The notes under the pieces were generated by a model. The model searched no databases and was not told the origin of the DNA. It was given only the letters and a program-made list of their open reading frames with translations. Below are positions 40,273 to 52,645 of a DNA stretch of 64,000 nucleotides, in pieces. Numbering within the stretch: the stretch's first letter is position 1; every line of letters begins with the position of its first letter. A program made the position numbers and the translations under genes. Source of the stretch: Felis catus (lineage: Eukaryota); the NCBI RefSeq assembly GCF_018350175.1, contig NC_058368.1:65474001-65538000 (forward strand), in the 5' to 3' direction.

Positions 40273-42181
40273 TGCTACGTGATTGTTTCATTCTCTAACT
40301 TGATGGTCCTAAATTAGAAAAAAACCATTTCTTTAAAAAAAAATGTTAGAGCATTCTAGTTGGGGGATCGAGTACTTCTGTCTGGGTTTGCAGATTTATG
40401 ACTGTGCCTGCCACCAGATGCATCAGTGTAAACTTATTAATGCATTTAATTAGTATTGATTCTTCCCACTATTTATGTACCAGAGCAACATGGAAGTGTA
40501 TTTCAGAGAAGCTATAGTTAACCCAGGACCAATTTAAAAATAGAGATGGCATCTTAGCTGGGTTTATCTTTACACTAACATTAAAAAAAATAATAGCAAA
40601 TGCTTTCTCTGGGTATCTTCAAGTCGCACTACCATTAGCTATTGCCGCAGTATTTCATGTTACAGTAAACTGTATTAGAATGTGTTAGGTAGTGAGATGA
40701 TGCTGTGTGCTACACGGTAGCTGTTATAGCTGAAATTGGTTTGCAGTCATGCTTCAGCCTATTTGCTTTTAGAAAAAAATAACTTTATCCAACCAACCAT
40801 AGTAATAACTATTTTTCAAGTAGCATCGCATACCATTTTCAGGATTATAAGTAAAGCCTGATACTCTGAGGCAGATTTTTCTACTGCATACAAAGTATAG
40901 CACTTGTATATACACTTGTTCAGTTGGCTTAAAAAATAGAAGATGTTAGAAAACGTATCAGATACTGATTCGTTTTCTTAATGTGTTTCTTCAGCCCCTT
41001 AATAGCGGGTGATCTAATAATGTTTGATTTGATAACACTTAAATCAATTGACATCTGTTTAAAAACATGGTTATCTTCGGTTTCAGAGCTTCTTTAAGAA
41101 TCACTTTGTTGTATATACATGAGTGACGTGATTGATTCTAAGGTGTCTATGGATATTGAAGTTATTGGCCATGGCCCAGTCAGCCTCCAGTGTAAGTTTC
41201 AGAAATTCTTTAGAAGAATTATTATTCGTTTTTTTTTTCTCTACTGATGATCATCAGCTATAGCAGTGCTTTGGCCTATCGTTTTGATTCTTTTAGTTTT
41301 ACTATTTTATTTAAATTGAAGTTCCAAATAACATTAAAGCAATGGGGACATATTTACGTTTCTGCAGAAAGAACAGGCTCTCAAGTAGATATTGAGAACA
41401 GCTGCAGTAGATGAGCCATTCAGTTCCCTAGTCCAAAACTCTTATCAGTGATGCCACTTGTTAATTTCCCTGGTCCCTGAAATGTGCCAGCCCTTCTCCA
41501 TGCGAGTCAGCCTTGTATGCTTATCCCACGTCCCCTGCTTGTACATCATGGCCACTTTGCTATGTGAATCCTAGATGGTTAATTCTCTTGGCAAAGGCTT
41601 AATAAATTCATGGAGCCCTGTGTACGATATCCAAGACAGTAGATGGAAGGTATGTCCTCCTTAGCTTTAGACATTGCTTGGTTCCTGAATGACTAAATAT
41701 TGCTGGTTGCCACAGACCTATGCCATTCCCGATGCGTTCTCGGGTTCAACAATCTGCGCACCCTCCGCTCCCATATTTTGTGCTTCCGTCTTTGTCCATT
41801 GCTCCTATTCCAAGGTTTCTTTTCAAAGCCTTCCCAGATTTAGGGCATGAGAGACCAGTGAAATTAGGATATTGAGTGAGAGCTTCAAGAGGAAGGCATT
41901 TGACTTTGTGGAGTACCTACAGTTTGTGGGCACTTATGTATGTGTTAAAGTTAAAGCTCAGTTAAATCTTAAATTGCCTTCTAAGAAAAGCATGATTTTT
42001 TCCAAATGAGGGAAAAGAAGTTCAGGGGGCTGATTTGTTGGCCATTTAGTCAGTCTGGAGCCCTGATTTCAATTTGTGTGTGTCTGGGTATAAAGCCTAT
42101 GATTTTTTTTTTCCTGTGCTTTCTGTCACTCTCCCTGAGAGAATGAATATATACAGAGAAGAAGAGAAAGATAAGGAACAA

Positions 42182-42434
42182 GGGATGCCTGGGCGGCTCA
42201 GTCGGTGAAGCACCTGGCTCTTGATTTTGGCTTAGGTCATGATCTCAGGGTTCGTGGGGTCAAGCCCCCTGTCGGGCTCCACGCTGACAGGAGCCTGCTT
42301 GGGATTCTCTGTCTCCGTCACTCTCTTCTGTCTCCCTCACTCTCTACCACTCCTCCATGCTTGTGCGATGCATGCACACTTTCTCTCTCTTTCTCTCGTT
42401 CTCTCTCAAAATAAATAAATAAATGTAAAAAGAA
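42182..42434 (+). mobile_element. Can-SINE with TSD
   Basis: SINE head to A tail; TSD agaaagataaggaa at 42165-42178 and 42435-42448. Confidence 0.93.
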
Positions 42435-43264
42435 AGAAAGATAAGGAATACGCCATGGAGAAATCCCTCCTTAGAAGGTATACTCTAAAAGTGGAGCCCG
42501 GAAAGACAGCCAAAGACAGGATGAAAGGATAACAAGTGAACGATAGCTGTTGTCTGAAGAGCCGTGGGGTGGGCGACTTCTTAGAGAAGTGTCTGTGGGG
42601 TTGAGTTGGCTATGTGAGATGGGGCTTGTCAATGGACCCAGTTACTGGCCTGCCAGGCCCATTCCATTGTGTCCCTTTTCTTCGCTCCTTTTCCAGGCTG
42701 CGTGTTGTCTCCCTGGAGAGCCCTGGTGCTCTCTGCAAGGGACTCGGACACAGCCCTCTCAAATATCAAGCATCTCCCGTGTGTCTAAGTTCTGCGTCAT
42801 GAACTTGCTTTTCGTGCAGTGTTCCATTTCAGGAAGAAAGAGTCTTGTAAAATCAAGTTCTTCATTTTCTAGGCCAACTCACTGAAAGTAGCATCCTTAT
42901 TGTGTCTAGACAGGTTTCTTTGAAGTTGATGTGTTTAGGTGCTATCTGGGGGAGCCAGCACTGGAGTTATTTACCGTGTTTCCTGAGGCAACCTTGTGTG
43001 AGGACTAGAGAATTTTAACAAGTGTCTTGACTTTCTCTGCACCTGGAGATTAATGTGCTAGTAAAAACTTTATGAACCCTTAATCATTCATAGCAAACGT
43101 ATCGAATCCTCTGAAGCTAAAAGCTTCAGCATTCATAATTAAGAGACAACAGAATAGGACCATGTAAATATGGAACTGGTCTCCCAGAAAAATGTAATAA
43201 ACTTTTTCTTTATCTTTATTTAAGTGTGGGCACTTTAATTTTGAATAGAAGTTTATTTTTTTTA

Positions 43265-43481
43265 CAGACCCATAAATATAGGAAACAGACTGGTGGTTGC
43301 CAGAGGGGAGGGGGATGGGTACAAATGGGGGAGGGGGAGGGGGAGATACAGGTTCCCAGTTATGAAATGAATAAGTTGTGGGGAAGAAAGGCACGGCATA
43401 GGGAATGTAGTCACTGTAGTGTTGAATCACTACACCTGAAATTAACCTAACATTGTGTGTCAACTATATTTCAATTAAAAA
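43265..43481 (+). mobile_element. L1 3'UTR fragment (carnivore/L1MA-like)
   Basis: aacagactggtggttgccagagggga...acacctgaaattaacctaacattgtgtgtcaactatatttcaattaaaaa. Confidence 0.8.
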
Positions 43482-43490
43482 CATAAACCA

Positions 43491-43615
43491 GGGTGTCTGG
43501 GTGGCTCAGTTTATCCTCTGATTCTTGATTTGGGCTCAGGTCATGATCTCATGGTTTTGTGAGTTTAAGCCCCACGTCAGGCCTGCTGACTGTTTGGAGC
43601 CTGCTTGGGATTCAT

Positions 43616-43648
<33 letters not shown>

Positions 43649-43732
43649 CTCTCTCTCTCTCAATCTTTCCCTGCCCCTCCCCTGCTCACCTTCTCTCTGT
43701 CTGTCTCAAAATAAATAAATAAACTTAAGAAA
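43491..43732 (+). mobile_element. Can-SINE next to the L1 tail
   Basis: gggtgtctgggtggctcag head, (CT)n, aaataaataaataaa tail. Confidence 0.92.
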
Positions 43733-43954
43733 GTAAACCAAAAAGTGTTTTTTCTTAGTTAAAATATATAAAATTATACCTACTTTTAAGATGAGAATGA
43801 AAGAAATTTTTACCTACTACTAGATAATCTCAACGTAATTAGATTGGATTCCCTTTCTAAAGGCATTAGTTACTGTACTATTAGTTGTGCCCTCCTCTCC
43901 TTCCCTGCAGGCATTATCTTCTGTCTGAAACAATATATAGTTGCATTAAGATAG

Positions 43955-44420
43955 TGTATCTGTTTGCTAAGGCTGTGGTTAAAAAGCACCACAAAGTGAG
44001 TGGCTTAACAGAAATTTATTGACACACAGTTCTGAAGGCTACAAGTCTGAGATTAAGGTATCAGCACAGTTGGTTCCTTCTGAGGGCGTGGAAAGAAAAT
44101 CAATTCCAGGCCACTCTCTCTCAGCTTCTGGTGGTTTGCTGGCTCTCTATGGATGGACTTTCATGGCTTCTGCTACGTCACCTCCACGTCTGCCTTCATC
44201 GCCGCATGCTGTTCTCCCTGTATGTGTGTCTGCGTCCAAATGTCCCCTTTTTATAAGGACCCTGGTCAGATTGGATTAGGGACCCACTCTACTCCAGAAT
44301 GACCTCATCTTCACTAATTACATCTGTATAACCCATATCCAAATAAGGTTACATTCCGAGGTACTGTGGGGTAGGACTTTAACAAATGAATTTTGGAGGG
44401 ACATGAGTCCACTCATAATA
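43955..44420 (-). mobile_element. MLT1C-like MaLR solo LTR with 5-bp TSD
   Basis: Typical MLT1B/C sequence (cttttataaggac...attggattagggaccca...tccaaataaggttacattccgaggtactg); GATAG at 43950-43954 and 44421-44425. Confidence 0.88.
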
Positions 44421-44425
44421 GATAG

Positions 44426-44730
44426 GATAGGCGATTATGTGATAAAAAGTGACTCCCAAATTCCAGTGGCTTAAAACAACAAAGTTTTACTTCTTTCTCA
44501 AAATCCAGTGGGAATCCTGGTGTGTCTTCCACCATCATGTGGTGGCTCAGTATTGAGCCTCCATGTAGCACCTGCTTCCATGACCTCCAGGCCACATTTT
44601 ATTGACTGAAATAAGTCACCTTCCTCCCCTAAATTTAAAGGGGTGGAGGCATACAGTTCTTCCTTTGTGGCAAGAAAGAAGGGAACCGGAAACGTTCATG
44701 AGATTCATGAGAAGCAATACACATCTATCC
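44426..44730 (-). mobile_element. Older MLT1 (K/L-like) LTR fragment
   Basis: cccaaattccagtggcttaaaacaacaaagttttacttc...cacatttttattgactgaaataagtcac. Confidence 0.65.
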
Positions 44731-45199
44731 GCGTATTTTACCTATAGATTAATATTGGAAAACACTGGACGTATTTTGAAATCTTAGAAAGATTTGAAGC
44801 TGTCTGGCTAAATAAGGTTGTTTTCCTAGGGCTTGAGATGTTGAATCATTAATTAGTTTTCCTTTCTGCCTCCTCCTTACCTAGGGATGATACATCCTAC
44901 AATGTAAATGGAAGGTGCATCTCTAGGGGTCAAAGCCACACTAGTTTATATTGAGGAGAATGGTCATTGGAGAAACTATGGCAATACACAAGCACAGATC
45001 ACCGTGGTAGGGGACTGGAGGAACATGGGCATGGGGCCTAATGATCTCATTTATTTTTTGTAGAGATTCTTCAAGGTGACATGAACCAGAACTGTGATCA
45101 TACAAATTGCCCAGAGGAGACACAGATACACAGTAACTGAGGTCTTTAGCTAGAAGGAGTTATGGCATAAATTTCCTATCAAGCCCCTTCCTTCCCCAA

Positions 45200-45450
45200 A
45201 TGTCTGTTACTTACCCTCTGTCAGCTCACTCTTCATAGCGTTTATCCCCTTCATAACATTTATCACACTCAGACATTTTCTCATTTGTTTGCTTGTTTCT
45301 TATGTTCCCTGCCATGGGCTGAACATCTCCCTCTTCCCTCCCATCCAAATAGAAGTCTGTGAAGACAGATTCCTAGCTCTGTTTTTTTCATTTATAACAC
45401 CACTGTTGAGATTAACATCGGTCTGATACTGAATGAAATAATGTATTGAA
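45200..45450 (+). mobile_element. L2 3' fragment
   Basis: cttcataacatttatcac...atttgtttgcttgtttc...tctgtgaagacagattcc. Confidence 0.5.
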
Positions 45451-47775
45451 CTAATAAATATAATAACTGTTGCATTTAAAATAATGTCATTAAAGGTAGA
45501 AGGCAAGAAGTTGGGGAAAATATTCTATCATTGTTAAGATCTGGGTAATGGGAACATTTACAATATTTTCAAAACAACTTATTTTTCTTTCCCAGATTCC
45601 ATAGTAGACACATTTCTCTTGAGGTCACGTACTATTTACTGTGAAATTATATTCATTTATCTCATTTTCACGAAATAGTACCTTTTTGTCCAAAGATACA
45701 TGCCATCTTGTCACAGTGGCATTATTCCAAAGGGTCCATGATTTAATACGTGTTGTCACTATGTTTGTAGAGGAATTTGGAATAAATGAATTTGGACAGA
45801 AACCATTAAGAAAAATGATTCTTTTCTAATGGCTTTAAGTGTTGAATTGTTGCTGATAATTTTTAATGGAGAAGTTTTGCATAGGTATTTCCAGGAAACA
45901 CCTGGATTAAAATCATCTTTTTAAAGGAACAGTTGAGTGTTATTTGGTGTCTAATAAAAGACCAAGGAATACTTTTTTTTTTTTACTTTTTTTCTCTAAT
46001 TGTAAACTGTAATTGAAATAATTATGAAAAGATCACTGACTGCTCAAACAAAAACAATTGACTGAAGAAATGGAGTTGTCATTGCAATCGACCTGAGAAT
46101 CTCCATGAGTTGCTGCTGCTTTGTTTACATAGATGAGTTTAGGGAAATTACTGGTCCCGGGGCTTTCTAAACCGTGATTGTCAGTATGTCTTACTTTTAC
46201 TGGAGAGAGAAGGGAGAATGTCTCCTGAAGTTGTACAAAGTGACATCTAAATTTATATTCAAATGATGAGAGTGGGGAGTAAACCACATAGACTCTTCTA
46301 AATCAGTGACGTTTGTTCACGATTCGTGCAGTCCTTGAGCCTGACCCTGGTTGCTTGGCTTCTGATGTGTGTTGCTGTATTGTTGTCCCTCTCGATGTGG
46401 CGGGAGGTGGGTGGGGGTTAAATAACTTCCGGGAGTCTCTCATGGCACCTTTGCTACAGTTCTGTGTATAGTTGGCTTCTTTACAAAATACTATCTTTAC
46501 TTACTCATTAAAGTCACTCTGACCAGTTTCTAGCTATGAACTGTTGTCACTATGATGGATTTCCTGACCTTGAGAGACTACGGCAGCCAAGCTGATGTCA
46601 TACTGTATTTTGTGTCTCTGTTTTCCGGCTGGATAAATGTTCTTTAATTACTGCTTGGTTCTTCAACCTTGAGGAAAACGCTGGCAATATTATCAGTTTT
46701 TATACTTGACACTTTGGAGATAGAGAGGCTTTGGCCATAATATTTTAAGTTAAAGGTTTAAATTCATATGCTTTCCCCGTTAATTGTATACAATAAAGTT
46801 AGGTTAATATTGCACAAACATTAAGTTTACTCAATGGAGATCACTGCATTCAATATATTTAATGATGGTGATAATTATTCAGAAGGCACTAACTTATCTA
46901 TATAGAGTGTCATAGTGTGACACTAATATGCATAAATATTAATGAGATTATTTACATTTTTCAATGAGAAGAAGGACTCTGTATACTAGAAGAACAGAAT
47001 GAAGACTTTAATAATTACCTAGAAGTAAAAGTGATCAGAGTCCCTATTCCTTTGGAAGATTATAGTCAAAGCACAAAACTGGAGCCAGAATTACATCGTT
47101 TTTTATATTAGTCAGAGAAACCAAAAAATTAATATTATCCCTCTTGTAATATGTTTCTCTTTTCTACAGTCTACCATTAGTGTTATATTTCTATGTAGAC
47201 TGAGTATTGAATGACATGGCTTCTAGAATGTTTTGTGAATATCTTGCATATCAAGGCATCTATTACTGGTTTTGATATTAAAATGTGCATATGAATTTAT
47301 GATTAGGGGTTGGTTTTACAGAACACTTTATAAAATGAAAACACCATCAGTTATTTAGTTTCTTGTTCTTCAAATTCCCTAACACTTAGTCTAGTGCCAG
47401 TAAGGAATAAAATACGTAGTAAACGCTTGCCAAATCAATCTGACAGTGACAGATTGAAAGTTTACCTCGGTTTTTTGTTTTGTCCTCAAGTAGCTCTGAT
47501 CTGAAAAAGGTGTACTAACGCGACAACTTTTATTTTTACCCAAACACACAGTAGTCTGCAGCCTAACACCTGAGGGGGACTAAACTCTGGCCTTGGTTCT
47601 GTCACCGAAGAATTGCAAGAACATGAATGCAGCCAGCACTGCATCTCCATGTTTCAAACCGGTGTCTGCTAGTGTCATCTAGGGAGGTCGTTCAGAACTC
47701 ACGTTGCTAGACCTCACCTCACCCTTGACATACTGAGCTGGAATCTTTAGAGTTGTGCCAGGGAGCGGGTGATTC

Positions 47776-48013
47776 TTTTTTTTTTTTTTTATTAATTGTT
47801 TTTTCAAGTTTGCTTATTTTGAGAGAGAGAGAGCAAGAGAGCAAGAGAGCACAAGCAGGGGAGGGGCCGAGAGAGAGAGGGAGAGAATCCCAAGCAGGCC
47901 CCTCACTGTCAGCCCAGAGCCTGATGAGGGGCTTGAACTCACGAACCGTGAGATCATGACCTGAGCTGAAATCAAGAGTCAGAGATTTAACTGACAGAGC
48001 CACCCAGGTGCCC
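47776..48013 (-). mobile_element. Can-SINE with diverged TSD
   Basis: Reverse SINE; flanks gggagcgggtgattcttt / gagagcaggtaattcttt. Confidence 0.92.
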
Positions 48014-48158
48014 TGAGAGCAGGTAATTCTTTAAACTCTGAGTATCTCCTAAGAAAGTCTCACGTTTAGAAACCAATATTTTGCTTGGAGCCAGACAGAC
48101 TAAGTGAGTTTGTTTAGTAGGCAAAGGCTTTTCCTTTCTTAGTTTTGCAAAAGTCAAG

Positions 48159-48485
48159 TCTTCTTCTCTTCTTCCTCCTCCTCTCCCTCCTCCCACCCTC
48201 CTCTTCCTCCTTCTCCTCTCCTCCTCCCTGTCCTCCTCCCTCTCCTCCTCTTCCCCCTCCTCACTACCCTCCTCCTCGTCCTCCCCCTCTTCCTCCTCCT
48301 CCTCCTCCTCCCCCTCCCTCTCTCCTCCTTCCCTCCTCTTCCTCCTTCTCCTCTCCTCCTCCCTGTCCTCCTCCCTCTCCTCCTCCTCCCCCTCCTCACT
48401 ACCCTCCTCCTCGTCCTCCTCCTCCTCCTCCTCCTCCTCCCCCCCTCCCTCTCTCCTCCTTCCCTCCTCTTCCTCCTTCTCCTTT
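48159..48485. repeat. CT-rich polypyrimidine low-complexity tract with 135-bp internal duplication
   Basis: Nearly pure C/T on + strand; marker tcactaccctcctcctcgtcc at 48261 and 48396. Confidence 0.95.
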
Positions 48486-48884
48486 ATCTGTGTCTGCCCT
48501 TGATTCATGGTAGAACTTTGGAAATATGAGGAGCTGGTGCAGTTTATGTCTGGTGACTTAGCCTCAGCAGCAGGCATCTGAACTTGTGGGCACGTGCATA
48601 TTCTCTGGGAAGCTCATTGCAAGCCTGCTTCACTCTGCATGTTCAGCCATACCTGTATACCTCTGATATCATTTTTAAAGCTTTGCTTACTAAGGAGAGA
48701 GCTACACTTCGACTATATTCAGTGACAGAATGCCTGTGTTAGCACCTTCAAGAATTAGTCTGATTTCCTCCTGTCAGTGCAAAAATTTCTATTGATCTTT
48801 CTCTGAATTTTTAGAATCAGAAAAAAAAATTTAATAAATTAAAAAAATCTAGTACCTAGAGACTTGATTCAGAAATTAAGTTTT

Positions 48885-49105
48885 CTTTTTTTTAAAAAAA
48901 AATTTAAAATGTTTATTTATTTTTGAGAGAGAGACCGAGTGTGAGTGGGAGAGGAGCAGACAGAGAGGGAGACACAGAATCTGAAGCAGGCTCCAGGCTC
49001 TGAGCTGTCAGCACAGAGCCCGACGCGGGGCTCGAACGCACAAACTGTGAGATCACGACCTGAGCCGAAGTCGGATGCTTACCTACTGAGCCACCCAGCT
49101 GCCCC
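48885..49105 (-). mobile_element. Can-SINE with TSD
   Basis: Full reverse SINE; TSD agaaattaagtttt at 48871-48884 and 49106-49119. Confidence 0.95.
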
Positions 49106-51857
49106 AGAAATTAAGTTTTTCTTTATGAAATTTCATATATAAAAAGGACTCTTCAATTACAAATGCATTTATTAATCTTAAGGAATTTAGTCCTTTTATA
49201 ATAACTTTTACTTTTCACTGATTTCCAAAAGGATATATGTAGACTGTTCAGCTCTATAACTGTGGCACAGAATTAGATTCACTCTAACATTGTCTTTTAA
49301 AACTATGTAGGGAAAATTGAAATCTATACAGAATGTCAAAGATTACCCATTTCAAGCCGTACCTTTCATAACTAAAGGCACTGAGGCCCAGAGGGTTTGG
49401 TAATCTACCCCAAGTCACACGTATTAAAATCTAGAGTCTAATCTTCATTCCTACCTTTATGTGTCCAAATCAGCTTTCTAGTTCTGATGCAGTAATAATT
49501 CTTTACAAAGTAACCTCATGTCATACCATCAATGACCTGCTTTACCTCTTTTTTACACTCTGGACTTTACATTATCTCATCTTTATATGCCTACCGCCTG
49601 GACCCACAGTTGGCGTGGACATTTGTGGATGAACTGAAATGGATAAACATGAAGGAATGTAGGACAGAATGTCATTTCACATAATACATCATGCACGTTA
49701 CATATTATCTAACCTATAAGCCGTGGCATCTTGTGTGGATACTCTTGACGGAAAGAAAGAAGAAACCTCAGGATAAATACCTCAACAGCTGTCAATGGTA
49801 AGTAATCCCTTAAAGCTGTGAGCGCCTTCATTTGCCTTCAAGAGTTGTGACATATGGTCAAAAATAGCTTGAAGATTTATTGTGTCATCTCTGTTGGATG
49901 AGATTCAAAATACACTTTAAGAAAGATTCCATCCCTCATCATCCTTGAAAAGATCCTTCAGAACTCATAGAGCATATAGAAAGCAGACGGAGAATGATGA
50001 GGTTCAGATGCCTAAAAATGACAGACTCTAATCAGGATTGCCAACCTATCACAAAAAATTACTGGGAAAAAATGCAAATTTTCTACTGACACTACACTTT
50101 TAAACACTGACATCCCATTGACCTGAAGAAATCACTGGTATAGATAAGACTTGTGAATTACTCTTCTCCAATATTACCGTACGATGGGAGGGCAGTTTTT
50201 ACAGCTATATTTTTAAGAAGCAGTCATTCTTTCTAATTTTGAGAATTTACCCTTAAAGATGGAAAAGCTAAGAAACTGAAGTTTGTCCATGGATTCTAGC
50301 TTCTGCGCGGATTATAAGAAAAAAACATCTCTCCACTTACATTTTATAAGAATTGAAAAAAAAAGAAACTAAGGAAGAAAAAAAGAAATGCTGAGTACAT
50401 ATAAATGAAAGAGCACAAGAACAACTTGTATAAAATATTACAGTAAAGAGGTCGCCTAACGTAATCAACTCTCCTGGGCGCAAGCAGAAAATCATCGAGC
50501 CTACTGTGTATATGAGAAGAGAAGAATCAAAGGGTAAAACACTACAAAGCAAACTTCACTGGTCCTGGCAGTGTCTGGATTTCACCCGTGTCTCCCTCCC
50601 TTTTTCCCTGCCCTCTGCCTCGCTTCTGCTCTACTTGCCTGCTATTTGCCTCCTAAGGTTCTAAAATACTGCTCAACACATTTCTAAAGCCTTCCTGACA
50701 TACGACAGTTTGTGTATGAATCATTTTATTTAAGAATGAGGACAATCTCTTTTGTTTGAGGTGGAATAAATTGTGCTCCAATTTCGGGTGCTTATGAAAA
50801 ATACATTGTGCTTCAACCCAAATATGATGTGGCATAAATCACTCTGGCCCTCGCATTCTGGGGGCAACTTTCAGATTAGAAATTAAATTATGTGCTGTAT
50901 AATCTATTATTATTACAGGCAAATCCCTGATTATCTCCTACGTGGGATGTTTTATCATGTAGCCACAGCATCGGACCTCTGCGCTGGTGCTTATTTGAAG
51001 AGGAGAAAGACGTAATGTCTAAAGATCTGGGTTTAATGGAAGTTTGCCAAAATGGCGACCACAATTCATCTGGTAGACCCAGAGACTAGATGGACATAGA
51101 TTACATTACGTCTTGCAGGAGCTGGGCATTTGTTCTAGATTCGGTTTGGGTATAAAGTACTGTTCCTAGTGTGATCCAAATACCAGATCTGCCTAAAATT
51201 AAATGTTTTTTATGCAGCTTAGGCCACTGCCGTGTTTGGGAGTTGTGATTTGTTTTTTGACAGTAGACCTTTATCATCGTTTATTATAGACACCTCATTA
51301 GTAATTTTTGGCATGCCGCTGTACCAATGTTGAGCTTTGTTGATTGAAATAGAAACCATGTTAGGACCCGAATGACAACAACTCTAATTAACCTGAACCA
51401 CGCTCTGGAACACCTTTGGAAATAATGTTGCCTTGTAAGTGAACTGCTATACCTGTTGTTGTTTGTTTTTCCCTAATAAAATGAGGCGCTATCATCCGAA
51501 GATGGTCTTCTATCAATCCTCAAGCATGCGGGGTGTATTTTGTTGTTGTTGTTTGTTTGCTTACTTGTTTCTTTGTTTTTTCCCCTGGTTCAGGACATGT
51601 GCCTTGACCTCTCTTCTCTCCCTCATCTTTGCCTGGATTAATCCTCAGATTTCCGCTTATGAGTGACCACTCCTGGCTACGTTACATACGATGGTTTATT
51701 TAGATACTCTACCTCCATCTTTTGTGTCCATCCCAAAGATGATGCAATATTTAACTATTTTTTGAATGTTTGCTCACTTTTCAATAGCTTTCCTAGCTGG
51801 TATATAAGCTACGTGCCAGGTCAAAGACTATTTGGCCTGTTAAGAGTTTTATTTCTA

Positions 51858-51973
51858 GGGGTGCCTGGCTGGCTCAGTCGGAGGAGCACGTGACCCTTGA
51901 TCTCAGGGTCGTGAGACCAAGCTCCACTTTGGGTGTAGAGATTACTTAAATAAATAAGACTTAAAAAAAAGAA
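51858..51973 (+). mobile_element. Short tRNA-like carnivore SINE (SINEC_old-type) with TSD
   Basis: ggggtgcctggctggctcagtcggaggagcacgtgacccttgatctcaggg...; TSD aagagtttt(a/g)tttcta at 51842-51857 and 51974-51989. Confidence 0.88.
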
Positions 51974-52479
51974 AAGAGTTTTGTTTCTAGAACCTAACAT
52001 CATCTTTGACACTTGCTGAGGGCTCAGCCAATATGTACTGAATGAGTTTCAATGAATGAGTCTAAATACCGGGGTCATCTATATCATTTATGTTACAGAA
52101 GAGTTAATTTTCCAAACAAGATGGTACAGTTTGGTTTTTCTATTAGTTCTGTTTGATGAGTGTGATGGTTTAACAAGAAGGTATTGAGCACTGAGTTCTA
52201 AGGAGAATGCTTAAAGTCTATATGGTCCTTGTTTCCCAAAGAGTACATAGTCTAGTGGAGAGCTGGGTGTGTATATAGAGGAGTGAATAGATGAATAGGA
52301 AGGACATAGTGACTAGTGGTTGATTGTAGAGTCAAAGTCTAGGCTTTTAACTCTCACATGCTGCTGAGGTAGTACTGTGGATCTGGCAACAGTATGTTTG
52401 CTCTCTTACCAGTTTTAATTTGTTTCTTTTCTTTAACATTAATTGAGCCGTAATTCTGGGCCACCCTCTAAGTAAATCC

Positions 52480-52645
52480 AAATCTGCCATATGATATCAT
52501 CCTCAAAATAAATGTTAGGGAGCAATCATCATCTGCATTTTACTCATAAAAAAAAGTGAAGTCAGAGAGGTAAAATAAGTTTCCCAATGTCATATAGCTG
52601 GCAAGGTGTGGCAGCAGGGTTCAGATCCATGTTTTCTCACTCTGA
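52480..52645 (-). mobile_element. MIR fragment
   Basis: gtgaagtcagagaggtaaaataagtttcccaatgtcatatagctggcaag...gggttcagatccatg. Confidence 0.65.

Noticed and set aside
47987..48577. 196-aa Glu/Arg-rich ORF, plus the overlapping Pro-rich and Arg-rich ORFs
   Set aside because: Produced by a stop-free GA/CT low-complexity tract, and it ends inside a SINE
52365..52374. TGAGGTAGTA match to the let-7 5' end
   Set aside because: Only 10 nt match; the rest of the mature miRNA and the hairpin are absent
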